A model generated the notes under the pieces. That model had not been told where the DNA came from, searched no databases, and worked only from the letters and a program-made list of their open reading frames with translations. 64,000 nucleotides of DNA from Heptranchias perlo (lineage: Eukaryota). The stretch lies in NCBI RefSeq assembly GCF_035084215.1, contig NC_090335.1:13020001-13084000 (forward strand), written 5' to 3'. Shown in pieces: positions 36,486-49,564 of the stretch (position 1 is the stretch's first letter; each line of letters opens with the position of its first letter). The translations under genes and the position numbers were made by a program.

Positions 36486-37094
36486 TCTGATTGCTCTGGC
36501 CATCCGCAGTCTGCCTGTGGCGGGACTGTTGTTTACCCTGTATTGAGAATGAGGTTTTCCCCGTTCAGTTTGACATTGCACCACAATCCAATTCAGGACC
36601 CTGCAGGAGGATTTGATTCAAACCGAACCTACTTCACCACAGGTCAAACCCAGGCTCCCAACGAATGCCTAAAGAGGGGGAGAAAGCAGACCATGGTCAT
36701 GAATGAATCAACCAACTAAGTGATTCAGCAACAGGAGAAGTTAGAGAATATTAACCAGCAGCTGTGCTGCTGACTTTAGAAGGTGCTTCGTGCTGGTCGA
36801 ACAGCTGAGTCTTGCTGGTGGTCCTTGCCGTCTGCAGGTGGATACTGTAAATAACCATGTGATTGCACGTGCAGAGCTCCAGCAGCAAGGCCTGGAATTT
36901 GTCAAAACTGATTTCAGTCTAAGAATGAAGATTGCAAAATACCAGCACCCCTTGATTCGAATTGCCTGTTTGGGCAATCGCAGCAAGCTCAGATTCTGCC
37001 TCTTTGCACCTGGCATAAACAAAACAGACAACTTTTAAAAAAAAAAATAGCAGCAGTGCTTTGAAACGTTTCCACAGCAGCTGTTTCACAAAGA

Positions 37095-37515
37095 GACTTG
37101 CATTTCATTTAGCCCCTAATCAAGTCTCCGGGATGTTGCAAAGTGCTTTATGTAAAATGAATTACTTTGAAGTGCAGTTGTTATGTAGGCAAATGCAGTA
37201 GCCATTTTGCACAAAGCAAGATCCAACAATCATCAATGAGGTAACTTGTTGATTGAGGAAGGAATGTTGGCCAGGTTACCGGGGGAACTCCCGACACTTA
37301 ATGGTGCCATGGGATCTTTTACATCCACCTGAACATTCCGACGGGGCCTCGGTTTAACGTCTCATCCAAAAGACAGTCCCTCCGACGGTGCAGCACTCCC
37401 TCAGTACTGCACTGAAGTGTCAGCCGTGATTTTGTACTCAAGTCTTGGAGTGAGGCTTGAACCCTCAACCTTCTGATTCAGAAACGAGAGTGGTACAAAT
37501 TGAGCCGAGGCTGAC
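37095..37515 (-). mobile_element. Deu-SINE, near full length
   Basis: Reverse complement aligns with 6198-6641. Confidence 0.7.
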
Positions 37516-38200
37516 ACTTAACTGTTTTTAAAAAAAGAACTCCTGACAATCTAGTTTTGAAATATCCAATAAAAACAGATTGAGTTATGACCAATTGGTT
37601 CGTTTGATTTGAATATTGAATCAAATCTCCAGTTTTGCCTACGCCCCCTCACCTGGACAAGAAGGTATTACCATCTCCCACCTGAGAAAGCGGGAATCAA
37701 CCTGTGCCACCCCTAATGATGGGCCCACGACCTCGGGGTTGACCCCTGCTATTTCCATTTCACCTTCCTGATGCGGATGGTACTTGGTTCCGAACTGCCC
37801 ACTCCCTGGTTGAAATTAGTAACTCTCCATGTGATTAAACCAGACGCAAACCCCTATTTTTTCCCCTCTTTCACCTCTTGCCCGCCTGTTCCCTCGGCCA
37901 GTTTCATACACTGGAAATTTAATTTCATTTCAGAAATGAAGCAGAATGATTGGTTCCACCCTTTCCCCAGTCTGAATCTGTACCATCTTGGCCCTTCTGC
38001 CACCCGATGCTTTCTGCTGGCCTACGACGTTGAACCAGTATATTTTCTTGCTCCCCACCCTATCGGAGTGTTGCCAGTGCTTGGCTATTTCCTGTATTTA
38101 CACCGGTGAGCGTACAATCTGTGGGTCATACAGATGCTTCTGTTCATGCACCCATAGCCACTACTGAAGTGCAGATTTAAGGAGAAGCTAGACTGTCTAC

Positions 38201-38595
38201 TGTGTTCTGTGGTAGGGGGTCTCCCCATCGTATTCTGTGGTAGGGGGTCTCCCCATCGCGTTCTGTGGTAGGGGGTCTCCCCATCGCGTTCTGTGGTAGG
38301 GGGTCTCCCCATCGCGTTCTGTGGTAGGGGGTCTCCCCATCGCGTTCTGTGGTAGGGGGTCTCCCCATCGCGTTCTGTGGTAGGGGGTCTCCCCATCGCG
38401 TTCTGTGGTAGGGGGTCTCCCCATCGCGTTCTGTGGTAGGGGGTCTCCCCATCGCGTTCTGTGGTAGGGGGTCTCCCCATCGCGTTCTGTGGTAGGGGGT
38501 CTCCCCATCGCGTTCTGTGGTAGGGGGTCTCCCCATCGCGTTCTGTGGTAGGGGGTCTCCCCATCGCGTTCTGTGGTAGGGGGTCTCCCCATCGC
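38201..38595. repeat. 28-bp minisatellite CGCGTTCTGTGGTAGGGGGTCTCCCCAT, 14 copies
   Basis: Near-perfect copies seen directly. Confidence 0.95.
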
Positions 38596-38596
38596 A

Positions 38597-40862
38597 TTGT
38601 GCGGGGTCCCTTAGGGAAGAGCGACCATAACATGATAGAATTCCTCATTAAGATGGAGAGTGAAGTAGTTGAATCTGAAACTAGGGTCCTGAATCTAAAT
38701 AAAGGAAATTATGAAAGTATGAGCTGCGAGTTGGTTATGATAGATTGGGGAACTTTACTAAAAGGGATGACGGTGGATAGGCAATGGCTAATATTTAAAG
38801 AACGTGTGCAGGAATTACAACAATTATTCATTCCTGTCTGGCGCAAAAATAAAACAGGAAAGGTGGCTCAACCGTGGCTTACAAAAGAAATTAGGGATAG
38901 TATTAGATCCAAAGAGGAGACATTTAAAATTGCCAGAAAAAGCGGCAAGCCTGAGGATTGGGAGCAGTTCAGAATTCAGCAAAGGAGAACAAAGAGATTG
39001 ATTAAGAGGGGAAAATAGAGTATGAGAGTAAAATAGCAGGGAACATAAAAACTGACTGTAAAAGCTTCTATAAATATGTTAAGAGAAAAAGATTAGTGAA
39101 GACAAATGTAGGTCCCTTACAGTCAGAAATGGGGGAAATTATAATGGGGAACAAAGAAATGGCGGAACAATTAAACACATACTTTGCTTCTGTCTTCACA
39201 AAGGAGGACACAAATAACCGCCCAGAAATGTTAGGGAACCAAGGGTCTAGTGAGAGGGAGGAACTGAAGGAAACCAGTATTAGTAAAAAAAAAAATAGTG
39301 CTAGGGAAATTAATGGGGCTAAAGGCTGACAAACCCCCAGGGCCTGATAATCTACATCCCAGAGTACGAAAGGAAGTGGCCCTGGAAATAGTGGATGCAT
39401 TGGTGATCATCTTCCAAAATTCTATAGATTCTGGAACAATTCCTACAGATTGGAGGGTGGCAAATGTAACCCCACTATTTAAAAAGGAGGGAGAAAAAAC
39501 AGGGAATTACGGACCAGTTAGCCTAACATCAGTAGTGGGGAAAATGCTAGAGTCTATTATAAAAGATGTGATAACAGAACACTTGGAGGGCATTAACGGG
39601 ATTGGACAAAGGCAGCATGGGTTTATGAAAGGGAAATCATGCTTAACAAATCTACTGGAGTTTTTTGAGGAGGTAACTAGTAGAATAGATAGGGGAGAAC
39701 CAGTGGATGTGGTGTACTTGGATTTTCAGAAGGCTTTTGATAAGGTCCCACGCAAGAGGTTAGTGTGCAAAATGAAAGCACATGGGATTGGGGGGAATAT
39801 ACTGGCATGGATTGAGAATTGGTTGACAGACAGGACACAGAGTAGGAATAAACGGGTCTTTTTCCGGGTGGCAGGCAGTGACAGGGATCAGTACTTGGGC
39901 CCCAGCTATTCACAATATATATCAATGATTTGGATGAGGGAACTAAATGTAACATTTCCAAGTTTGCAGATGACACAAAGCTGGGGTGGAATGTGAGCTG
40001 TGAGGAGGATGCAAAGAGGCTCCAATGTGATTTCGATAAGTTGGGTAAGTGGGTAAGAACATGGCAGATGCACATAACGTATAACGTGGATAAATGTGAG
40101 GTTATCCACTTTGGTTGTAAAAACAAAAAGGCAGATTATTATCTGAATGGTGATAGATTGGGAAAAGGGGAGGTGCAACGAGACCTGGGTGTCCTTGTAC
40201 ACCAGTCGCTGAAAGCGAGCATTCAGGTGCAGCAAGCAGTTAGGAAGTGAATGGTATGTTGGCCTTCATTGCAAGAGGATTTGAGTACAGGAACAGGGAT
40301 GTCTTACTGTAGTTATACAGGGTCTTGGTGAGACCACATCTGGAGTATTGTGTTCAGTTTTGGTCTCCTTATCTGAGGAAGGATGTCCTTGCCATTGAGG
40401 GAGTGCAACAAAGGTTTACCAGACTGATTCCTGGGATGGCAGGACTGTCGTATGAGGAGAGATTGGGTCAACTAGGCCTATATTCACTCGAGTTTAGAAG
40501 AATGAGAGGTGATCTCATCCAAACAGATAAAATACTAACAGGACTAGACAGACTAGATGCAGGGAGGATGTTCCCGATGGCTGGGGAGTCCAGAACCAGA
40601 GATCACAATCTCAGGATACGGGGTATGCCATTTAGAACCGAGATGAGGAGAAATTTCTTCACTCAGAGGGTGGTCAACCTGTCATTAGATGTATTCAAGA
40701 AGGAGATAGATATATTTCTTAATGCTAAAGGGATCAAGAGATATGGGGAAAAAACGGGAACAGGGTACTGAGTTAGACGATCAGCCATGATCATTTTGAA
40801 TGGCGGAGCAGGCCCGAAGGGCTGAATGGCCTACTCTTGCTCCTATTTTCTATGTTTCTATG
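38597..40862 (+). mobile_element. CR1 LINE, 5'-truncated (APE end to 3' UTR), frameshifted
   Basis: [49 protein letters not shown] motifs; tail TTCTATGTTTCTATG. Confidence 0.9.
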
Positions 40863-41765
40863 TGCTCTATTGTAAGAGGCATCTTCCCATTGTGTTCTAA
40901 TGTAGTGGGGCGTCTCCCCATCGTGTTCTATTGTGGGGGGGCGTCTCCCCATCGTGTTCTATTGTGGGGGGGCGTCTCCCCATCGTGTTCTATTGTGGGG
41001 GGGCGTCTCCCCATCGTGTTCTATTGTGGGGGGGCGTCTCCCCATCGTGTTCTATTGTGGGGGGGCGTCTCCCCATCGTGTTCTATTGTGGGGGGGCGTC
41101 TCCCCATCGTGTTCTATTGTGGGGGGGCGTCTCCCCATCGTGTTCTATTGTGGGGGGGCGTCTCCCCATCGTGTTCTATTGTGGGGGGGCGTCTCCCCAT
41201 CGTGTTTTATTGTGGGGGGCGTCTCCCCATCGTGTTTTATTGTGGGGGGCGTCTCCCCATCGTGTTTTATTGTGGGAGGCGTCTCCCCATCGTGTTTTAT
41301 TGTGGGGGGCGTCTCCCCATCGTGTTCTATTGTGGGGGGCGTCTCCCCATCGTGTTCTATTGTGTTCTATTGTGGGGGGCATCTCCCCATCGTGTTCTAT
41401 TGTGGGGGGGGTCTCCCCATCGTGTTCTATTGTGGGGGGCGTCTCCCCATCGTGTTCTTTTGTGGGGGGGGGTCTCCCCATCGTGTTCTGTTGTAGGGGG
41501 GTCTCCCCATCGTGTTCTAATGTAGTGGGGGGTCTCCCCATCGTGTTCTATTGTGGGGCGGGTCTCCCCATCGTGTTCTATTGTGGGGGGCGTCTCCCCA
41601 TCGTGTTCTTTTGTGGGGGGGGGTCTCCCCATCGTGTTCTGTTGTAGGGGGGTCTCCCCATCGTGTTCTAATGTAGTGGGGGGTCTCCCCATCGTGTTCT
41701 ATTGTGTGGGGGGGGTCTCCCCATCGTGTTCTATTGTGTGGGGGGGGTCTCCCCATTGTGTTCTA
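40863..41765. repeat. 30-32-bp minisatellite CGTGTTCTATTGT(G)6-8CGTCTCCCCAT, about 29 copies
   Basis: Direct inspection; homologous to the 28-bp array at 38201. Confidence 0.9.
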
Positions 41766-42764
41766 GTGCGGAAGTCGTTCTCAGTGGCTGATCTTCCTAT
41801 GAAAAGCCACCTCTAATGATATTGAAAGCTGACTGTTCTGCCTATGCTGCCTGCAGGTTGTCTTTTTCTACAGCAGACAGTTGATGTACTGCTATCTTCA
41901 AGGGAAATAATTAATCAGCTGTTAACCTACCTCGGGTCCTCAATCATGAAACTATATTAAAGGCTTTGCTGCATTCCACGCTGTAAGTAGTATTTAAAAC
42001 ATCACAAATAGTCTGCTCAAGACCCCACCCCCCCACACACATCCCACAAATTATAGTCCACGAGCCCAGGCTCTGGATGAAGGGAGTGTGGGAACAAAGG
42101 AACATCTTTAACATTCCAGCTAATGACTGTGAAAAGGAGATGCTGTGCTACAGTGAAGTTCTGGCACTTTCAAGGGCTCTAATCATAACAATCAGCAGAG
42201 CTCCGAGTTAGAGAACTTTGAATCTGCTAAAGAGATATCATAGCCGCGGATAAAAGATACATTAGACTCTGGTCACCCCATTTTACCAGGCCCAGCTCCT
42301 CCTCTGAGGAGAATGAGAGGTGAATACCACTCTTGAGCTGGTTGGTCGAAGGTGTACAGCAGGACTGTGGCAATGGCTTGTTAATAATAAGGTGATTTTC
42401 TCCTTTGGTCTACAAACACAAGATGTTTCCTGTGCTGCAGGAGATACTGGACTGAAGTGTTGGATCTGGGATTCTGCAGCTCACAGCTCAAGGAGCTCAG
42501 TGTTTCGATGCAGGAATCAGAGTGGAGAAGATACTGTTTAATGATGCTCTACTCTAGAGGTCTCTGGCATATTTGGTCAGTTTGGTGTAGAATTTACTGA
42601 ATCTTCTCGTAGCTTCAAGGGACAAGCCATTGAGATTTGACCAACTGTTGGTGGGATTATATTAACAGGTTCCCCACTGCGGGTTGCCTTGGATCCCCTC
42701 CATGTCGTCCGGTTGGAATGTTAACTGACTATTGATCACGTGACTTGAATTAGCAAGGATCCGA

Positions 42765-43023
42765 AGTCCCTGACCTGTTGTGTCCTGGGTGTGTGGATTA
42801 AATCGGTTTAAATCACAGTCCCTGATCTGTTGTGTCCTGGGTCTGTAGATTAAATCGGTTTAAATCCCAGTCCCTGATCTGCTGTGTCCTGGGTCTGTAG
42901 ATTAAATCGGTTTAAATCCCAGTCCCTGATCTGCTGTGTCCTGGGTCTGTAGATTAAATCGGTTTAAATCCCAGTCCCTGATCTGCTGTGTCCTGGGCCT
43001 GCCGATTAAATCGGTTTAAATCC
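42765..43023. repeat. 52-bp tandem repeat, 5 copies
   Basis: AGTCCCTGA starts at 42765, 42817, 42869, 42921 and 42973. Confidence 0.9.
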
Positions 43024-43529
43024 CCGGTGATGTGTTAACTCGTTTCTGCCATTTGAGAAATTGCGCAGCAGCCTGATCCAGGTACAGAGCAGTCCTGGGC
43101 ATTCTGTGTTTGCATCTGACATTCTGTTAGCATCAGGCTTGGGACCAAGTTTGCCCACACACCATAGAAATTCAATTGCAGTTGTTTCATCAATGTCACA
43201 TGTATACGAAGAGTGGGACTCCAAAACCAGGCAAGTTAGATTTTTGAAACGTACACAAAATCTGACTGATGATTGAACTAGACTCCTCTTGACAAGTCAG
43301 GTTTTCAAAACAAAAACTAAAATAAAAGCAGATTGAAGAAAGATCCAATGATGTATCAGTCAGATATGTGGTTCAGTTTCTACTGCTCTGATGGTGGCTC
43401 TGATGGGAGCTCAGACATTTAAGAAAGTAGCTTTGGGTTCAAGACAGTGAAAGGATCATCAAAGAGCAATAGTGGCAGCTCTCTAAGTTCTGTCTGTACT
43501 CAGCTACTGAGAATTGTTTTGATTTCTCT

Positions 43530-43821
43530 GGAGCTGAATGGGAGTATCGGAGCTGAATGGGAGTATCGGAGCTGAATGGGAGTATCGGAGCTGAATGGGA
43601 GTATCGGAGCTGAATGGGAGTATCGGAGCTGAATGGGAGTATCGGAGCTGAATGGGAGTATCGGAGCTGAATGGGAGTATCGGAGCTGAATGGGAGTATC
43701 GGAGCTGAATGGGAGTATCGGAGCTGAATGGGAGTATCGGAGCTGAATGGGAGTATCGGAGCTGAATGGGAGTATCGGAGCTGAATGGGAGTATCGGAGC
43801 TGAATGGGAGTATCGGAGCTG
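43530..43821. repeat. 19-bp minisatellite GGAGCTGAATGGGAGTATC, 15 perfect copies plus a partial
   Basis: Direct inspection. Confidence 0.95.
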
Positions 43822-43944
43822 TGGATATCTTCAGTTGTTTGTTGACAGCTCCACACACATTGATTGTGTTTGGAAGTTCACCAGTTAAACAGAGTGCCCA
43901 GTTTTTGTCTTTATTGCACTACAGTTTCTCAAACAGAGTAGTAA

Positions 43945-44385
43945 GTGTGCAATGTGCAGTTCACACATACAGCTGTAATTGTGCAATGTCCAGTTCACAG
44001 ACGGCTGTAATTGTGCAATGTCCAGTTCACAGACGGCTGTAATTGTGCAATGTCCAGTTCACAGACGGCTGTAATTGTGCAATGTCCAGTTCACAGACGG
44101 CTGTAATTGTGCAATGTCCGGTTCTCTCACACAGCTGTAATTGTTCAGTGTACAGTTCACATTCAGAGCTGTAATTGTGTAGTGTCTGCTTTATACACAC
44201 AGCTGTAAGTGTACAGTGTCCAGTTCCCCCACACACACAGCTGTAAGTGTACAGTGTCCAGTTCCCCCACGCACACAGCTGTAAGTGTACAGTGTCCAGT
44301 TCCCCCACGCACACAGCTGTAAGTGTACAGTGTCCAGTTCCCACGCGTGCATGCACAGCTGTAAGTGTACAGTGTGCAGCTCACA
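43945..44385. repeat. 32-37-bp degenerate minisatellite (CRGCTGTAAKTGTRCARTGTCCAGTTC...)
   Basis: About 12 units grading from a 32-bp type to a 37-bp type. Confidence 0.8.
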
Positions 44386-44961
44386 CTTGATTATTGAAGG
44401 ACTGCACAGATAACAAGTAAATGGTGTTTGACCATCTGCCTAGTGCTGCATTCCTACCCTGATGATGATCAGGAAGAAAGCCTCTTTCACATCCAATTTG
44501 TTTTTTTGGAGCAGGCAGAATACAAAATAGTTTGTCCCCCTATGACAGGATGGTGATCTGTCTCACTCTGTTCGGGCTAAGTAAGTGGCAGGAGGAGGAG
44601 TACTTTAATGATATTCAGCAGAACACAGCATGTGTGATTTTAAAATATTTATACTGAATGCTCCTCAATGCTCTCTTTCAAATTGAGTGAAATGCTGAGG
44701 CAGTGGAAACATTGCAGTAATCTTTCTCAGATGAAAAAAGATTTAAGAAATTCTAAAAATGTGATTTGCAGCAGAGGTGATATTAGATGCAGAGATGCAC
44801 ACCCCATTTTAAGAGGAACAAGACCATTTTTATTGGACAGGATCCACTGATGAGTTGTTAATGTAATCCTGTTAATAGCCCATTCAAAAGAACGTTATCA
44901 GCTGTTACTGTTTAATGAGGCCTTTAAATAGTTGCTATCATTATTTGTTGATGCCCCAATG

Positions 44962-45368
44962 CCTCAAATTTAAAATTTCCATCCTAGTGTTTAAATCCCT
45001 TCATGGCCTTGCCCCTCCATAACTCTGAAATCTGCTATAGCCTTTCAACCAACCCCCGCACCCCCCACCTCCCTAAGACCACCGTGTTTCTCTGACTCTG
45101 GCCTCTTGTGCATCCCATCGCTCCACCATTGGCGGCTGTGCCTTCAACTGTCAAGGCCCAAAGATCTGGAATTCCCTCCCGAAACCTCTCTCTCCCCCCA
45201 TCCCCTCCTTTTAAGACCATCCTTAAAACCTACATCTTTGATCAAGCTTTTGGTCGCCCCTCCTAATATCTCCTTTGGCTCGGTGTCCATTTTTGACTGA
45301 TTACGACTCCGTGAAACGCTTTGGGACACACTTTGCTACGTTAAAGGCGCTATATAAATGCAAGTTGA
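44962..45368 (+). mobile_element. L2 LINE 3' end
   Basis: Degenerate FKI..LVFKSLHGLAP, TIGG.AF, WNSLP, FKT.LKT coding; tail AAAGGCGCTATATAAATGCAAGTTG. Confidence 0.75.
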
Positions 45369-48300
45369 ATTAGAGCAGACTGAGGTGACCAGCTCTTTGC
45401 TCAGGGCCTCCCAACAGATGGAAAGTTGAAATCAAGAACTTGCCCCGAGGGACAACAGAGAGTTGGGGAGAGAGCTTTGAATGTAAAGTGCTTTCCTGTT
45501 TAGTTAAGAGCCAAAAGTCCTACACAAGAGATTTACTTTAGTTTCTTTGCTGCAACCCTACTTTGACCTTGATGTTGCTGCTGTGTACTTTGTCTATGCC
45601 AACTAAATCACCAATGATAAGGGTAACAAAATAAGAATTAACTTGATATTAGAGGGGCCAGTCGTAATAATCATGGAGGGGGTTTTCAGTGTCTCAGAGG
45701 GTTGATCAGGACCAATCGATGGGAGGTTGAAAGTCCAAGTAGTTTAGTAGAGGTAAACGGTCACTGTTATCACAGGGCTGCCAGCAATCCAACAGAACAA
45801 AGCATTAACCTGGAAGTAGGTGAACACTTGGCTCCAGTAAGCAGATTTGGTTAAGAGGGAGAGGCATTAGAAAACAAAAGAGCAAAAATGGAAGTTTAAG
45901 ACTACACTAGGAGAAATATAGGGGAAATATATTCCAGTGTAAAGGCATAACAAAATGTTCATTTTTTTTTTCCCTGGTGTTTTTTTTTGTACTGGTTAAG
46001 GTGAGAGATGCCAGTGTTGGAGATTAGAACACTTAAGTTTTGTTGTGCAGGGTCAGCTTGCCAGAGTTGGCTTTTGCAGAGTAAGGCCTCCCTCTCTTAT
46101 GTTTCCCTTTCTCACACTAGCCACTCTCATGGAATCTCTTATGCTACTGATCCTTTTCCTTCAGAGGTCAGTCATACCCAAAATGACCCACCCCAATACC
46201 TGGACTGATTTAGCTTTGATACCATTGCTAGTTTCAGTCAGAGGCAACAGGTGAAACCTGGCAAGTGTCTGTGCCTTTGGCCATTGTCCTTTCCATATAT
46301 TGTACACAAAGCATCATTTGATTTGCAGTTGTGTGCTGTGGACTACTAGGAATTCAATCCAGAGTGTCTAATCTCAACAGATAGAGAGGAGCCTTTCATC
46401 CCATCAGTTTGAGCTGGATTCGAACAGTAAGTCCTAAAAGTGAAAGGATAAACCTACTGTGTGCCACTTAGGTTTCCTGTTCAATTTGAGTGAACTCTGA
46501 TTGCAAGAAAATCTAATGAAAGCCTCATGTAGAGAACGCAAGTGATTGGAGTGTGTTCTTGGCTGTGATACGATGAAAGTATCTGATGGAGCTCTAACCC
46601 ATGAGTGCATGTTGCACCCATAACCACCTCCCATACAGATTTTATTTTTTATACTGTGCAGTGTTTCATTTTTATACATATTAAAAGCAAAGGTTCTCAA
46701 TGTCTGAGTTTTCTGGTTGGTAGATTGTAGCATTAGTATTGCTGAACTGTCGAGTTCTGTGGCACTACTGCTGTGATGTGAAGAATCTCAACAAAAAAAA
46801 ATAATTTTGGAAGAATTAGGTCTGTGGATCAAGAATGTGAAAGGATCAGCTGATAGAGAGTGTGCTGCTGAAATCCAACCCTTTATTGACGTATGTGCGT
46901 TTGAACAGACTTGCAATATTGTCCATCACATTGACCCAGTCAAATAGAAGAACCTTTGAAGTCTGCAGGAGCTGTTCGGGTGTCACTGAAATGCTGCTAT
47001 ATTTGATGAGTCATTAATGTGTGGATAAATTAAATGGTGTCTTAAAGAAGGAAATTCATTCATTTCTAAATATTCCCCAACATATCAAAATCATCAGGTT
47101 AATATGAAGCATTAAATCAAACCTGTGCCAACACCACTGTTGCACACCACAGTTGATTGGCGTTAAGTTCACTCAGATACCAAATTTCACCACCAGTATG
47201 CCACGTATTTATCGTTGAGGAACAATTGATTGGAAAACTGCTATTTCGGAAGCAGTGCATTATTCTGGCTCGTTCTGAGGTGATGTGGTGTGCGTGATGC
47301 AGGAACATATTTCAATGGCTGGTTGATGTACATAAAACTACTATCTGACAATGACATTGGATAGTTTACTTAATTCTGCTTTGTGTTTAGCTTGGCTTTA
47401 ATCAGACAGCATTGTGAAAGTGCCCTCTTCCTACTGAGAAATGTCAGCAATTTCTGTTCTCCCAACTGACTGAACGCAATAAGGAGCAGGTCTTCATTGC
47501 CTGAAGATTCAGCTGCTGTATGACTGTGCTGCAGGAGGCGCTATATCTGTAAGTCCCAAGGGTAAAAGTATTGTGTACCACACCATCCCATTCTTCTTAA
47601 ATCCCGTATTTTGAGAAAGGCGTTAAACCTGCTTCAGGAATTAAGGAGAATTAAATCTCATCAAAGGCACTTGGCGTTGCAGTATGTGTATTAGTCCCAA
47701 AAGGTAATGTATAAGTTTTAGGGAACGTAACATTATTATATTTCATAACTTGTAAATGTTAGTGTGTTGAGGATATGTATATATTCACATATGTACCTGA
47801 GAGTTTCCTTTGATACATGTATGTTGTGGTGACAGTGTAAGAATGTGACAGCTCTGCACTGGAGCGAGGAACGGAGCTGGTCCCTTCATCCGTTGAGGCG
47901 GCTAGGTTTAATTTTCATGCCTCAGATTTTCTGGCTTCCTTGTTTGCCATAATTGATATTAAATCACATTCTAAGAACTCTATTAAAATCTAAAAGTGTG
48001 GGGAATTAGTGAATGCTTGGTATGATGCTGTGTTCTTGGGATACCTGGAGTAGCCGGATGCATCCATTGACTGATGTCTAACGCAGCTGGAATGTGAACA
48101 TGCAGGCTCAGTGCTGGCTTTCCAGCAGATTAAAGTGCTTGGCAGTCATGTCCTGTTTAATCTTCTCGCTCTCTGTTTCAGGTTGAACCTGTTGGTTAGT
48201 CGTTATATTGATAACAGTGTTGCAGCCCCTGATGAGGGGGTTGAATGGCACTATTTGAACAAATTCCCCGCCAAGGCCCTGTCATTTGATCCTATCTTTC

Positions 48301-48421
48301 AAAATGATTTTGAATATCAACTTTCCTACTTTTGACATTACTCTAATGTCACTGGGAGAATTTATGAATTGTAAATCGTGTTTTGATATAAAAGAATTAA
48401 AATATACAGTCATAGTAGTTA

Positions 48422-48610
48422 GGATATAATTAGTGCCATTCCTTTATTTAAGATGAAATGGGTGGGTGGGTGCTGGGGATATAGTTAGTGCTGTTCCTTT
48501 ATTTAAGATGAAGTGGGTGGGTGCTGGGGATATAGTTAGTGCTGTTCCTTTATTTAAGATGAAGTGGGTGGGTGCTGGGGATATAGTTAGTGCTGTTCCT
48601 TTTATTTAAG
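48422..48610. repeat. 51-bp tandem repeat, about 3.6 copies
   Basis: ATAGTTAGTG starts at 48481, 48532 and 48583. Confidence 0.85.
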
Positions 48611-49564
48611 TTTACAATAGGAAAGCCATTTTTTGGTGGCTGGTCACATCTTACTCAGTTGTGATATGATAATTGAACAAGATATAGTTTGAGGTCTAAG
48701 GATAGATTGCAGGATAAAAATTAAGCTGGGTCTGTTGAACTATTGATGTTAGATAAGTGGTTTGTAATTTTATTTTGAGCTAAGTTCTTGTGGTGTGTGT
48801 TCTGTTTGCCGGGTGGAGGGGAAGTTTCATTGATTAGGTTGTGTTCTGTGGAGATAATTTGCATCTGTATTTCTCCCACAGAAGGACAAGTGTGTGCGCG
48901 TGGGTCTTCCTGTACTCGTGTACACCTTGCCTGTATAAGGATGCTCTTTTCCTCTGCTCTCAGTGTTAGTTGATGCAATTACGTAGACAGAGAGGCTTGT
49001 TTCAGAAGCTGCAAGTCTCTGCTGAATTGCAGTAATCCTCTGTCCTGGGAGACGTGCTCTTTGATTTTGTAGGAAGGCTAGAACTTGTCCCTAAACCTGG
49101 TGATAGCAGTGAATAACCACAGGCAAAGCTTGATGGCTGGCTCTCTTATTTTAGTTAAAGCTATGAATTTGCCAGCTTTGACCAAGGTTAAAGAAGAAGG
49201 GGGTAATAGTGGATGTGTTTGATCTGGGCTTGAAAACTTGAGGGTGGGGAATTGAGAGGTGAGGAGAGGATAGAAGGGTAAATTGTGGAGTATATTATGT
49301 ATGTGTTTGATTGACGGACCTGAACTGATGTAACCTGTGAATGACAAACACTGGGAAAGACTAAATATCTATCTAGTGTGCTTTATTCAGCAACTTTATG
49401 GAATAGTCTAGTTTTTAACGATAGGAGTCATTTTAAGAGAGTAAAATTGATTGAAGTGGGATGTTTATGAAGGTGATGAGCCTGTGAATTACACACACGG
49501 GTTCACTTTTTGACTGATGTTTGCATTTGATAGTGAAATAAGAACTTTCTAAAATCTAAAGATG

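Noticed and set aside
38085-41816. Repetitive ORFs flanking the CR1 (GRPPTTE and SPHRVLL repeats)
   Set aside because: Minisatellite translations.
46380-46450. LF-SINE-like head fragments (also near 33360-33430, 55880-56170 and 57590-57650)
   Set aside because: Similarity too short and degenerate to name a family without a profile search.
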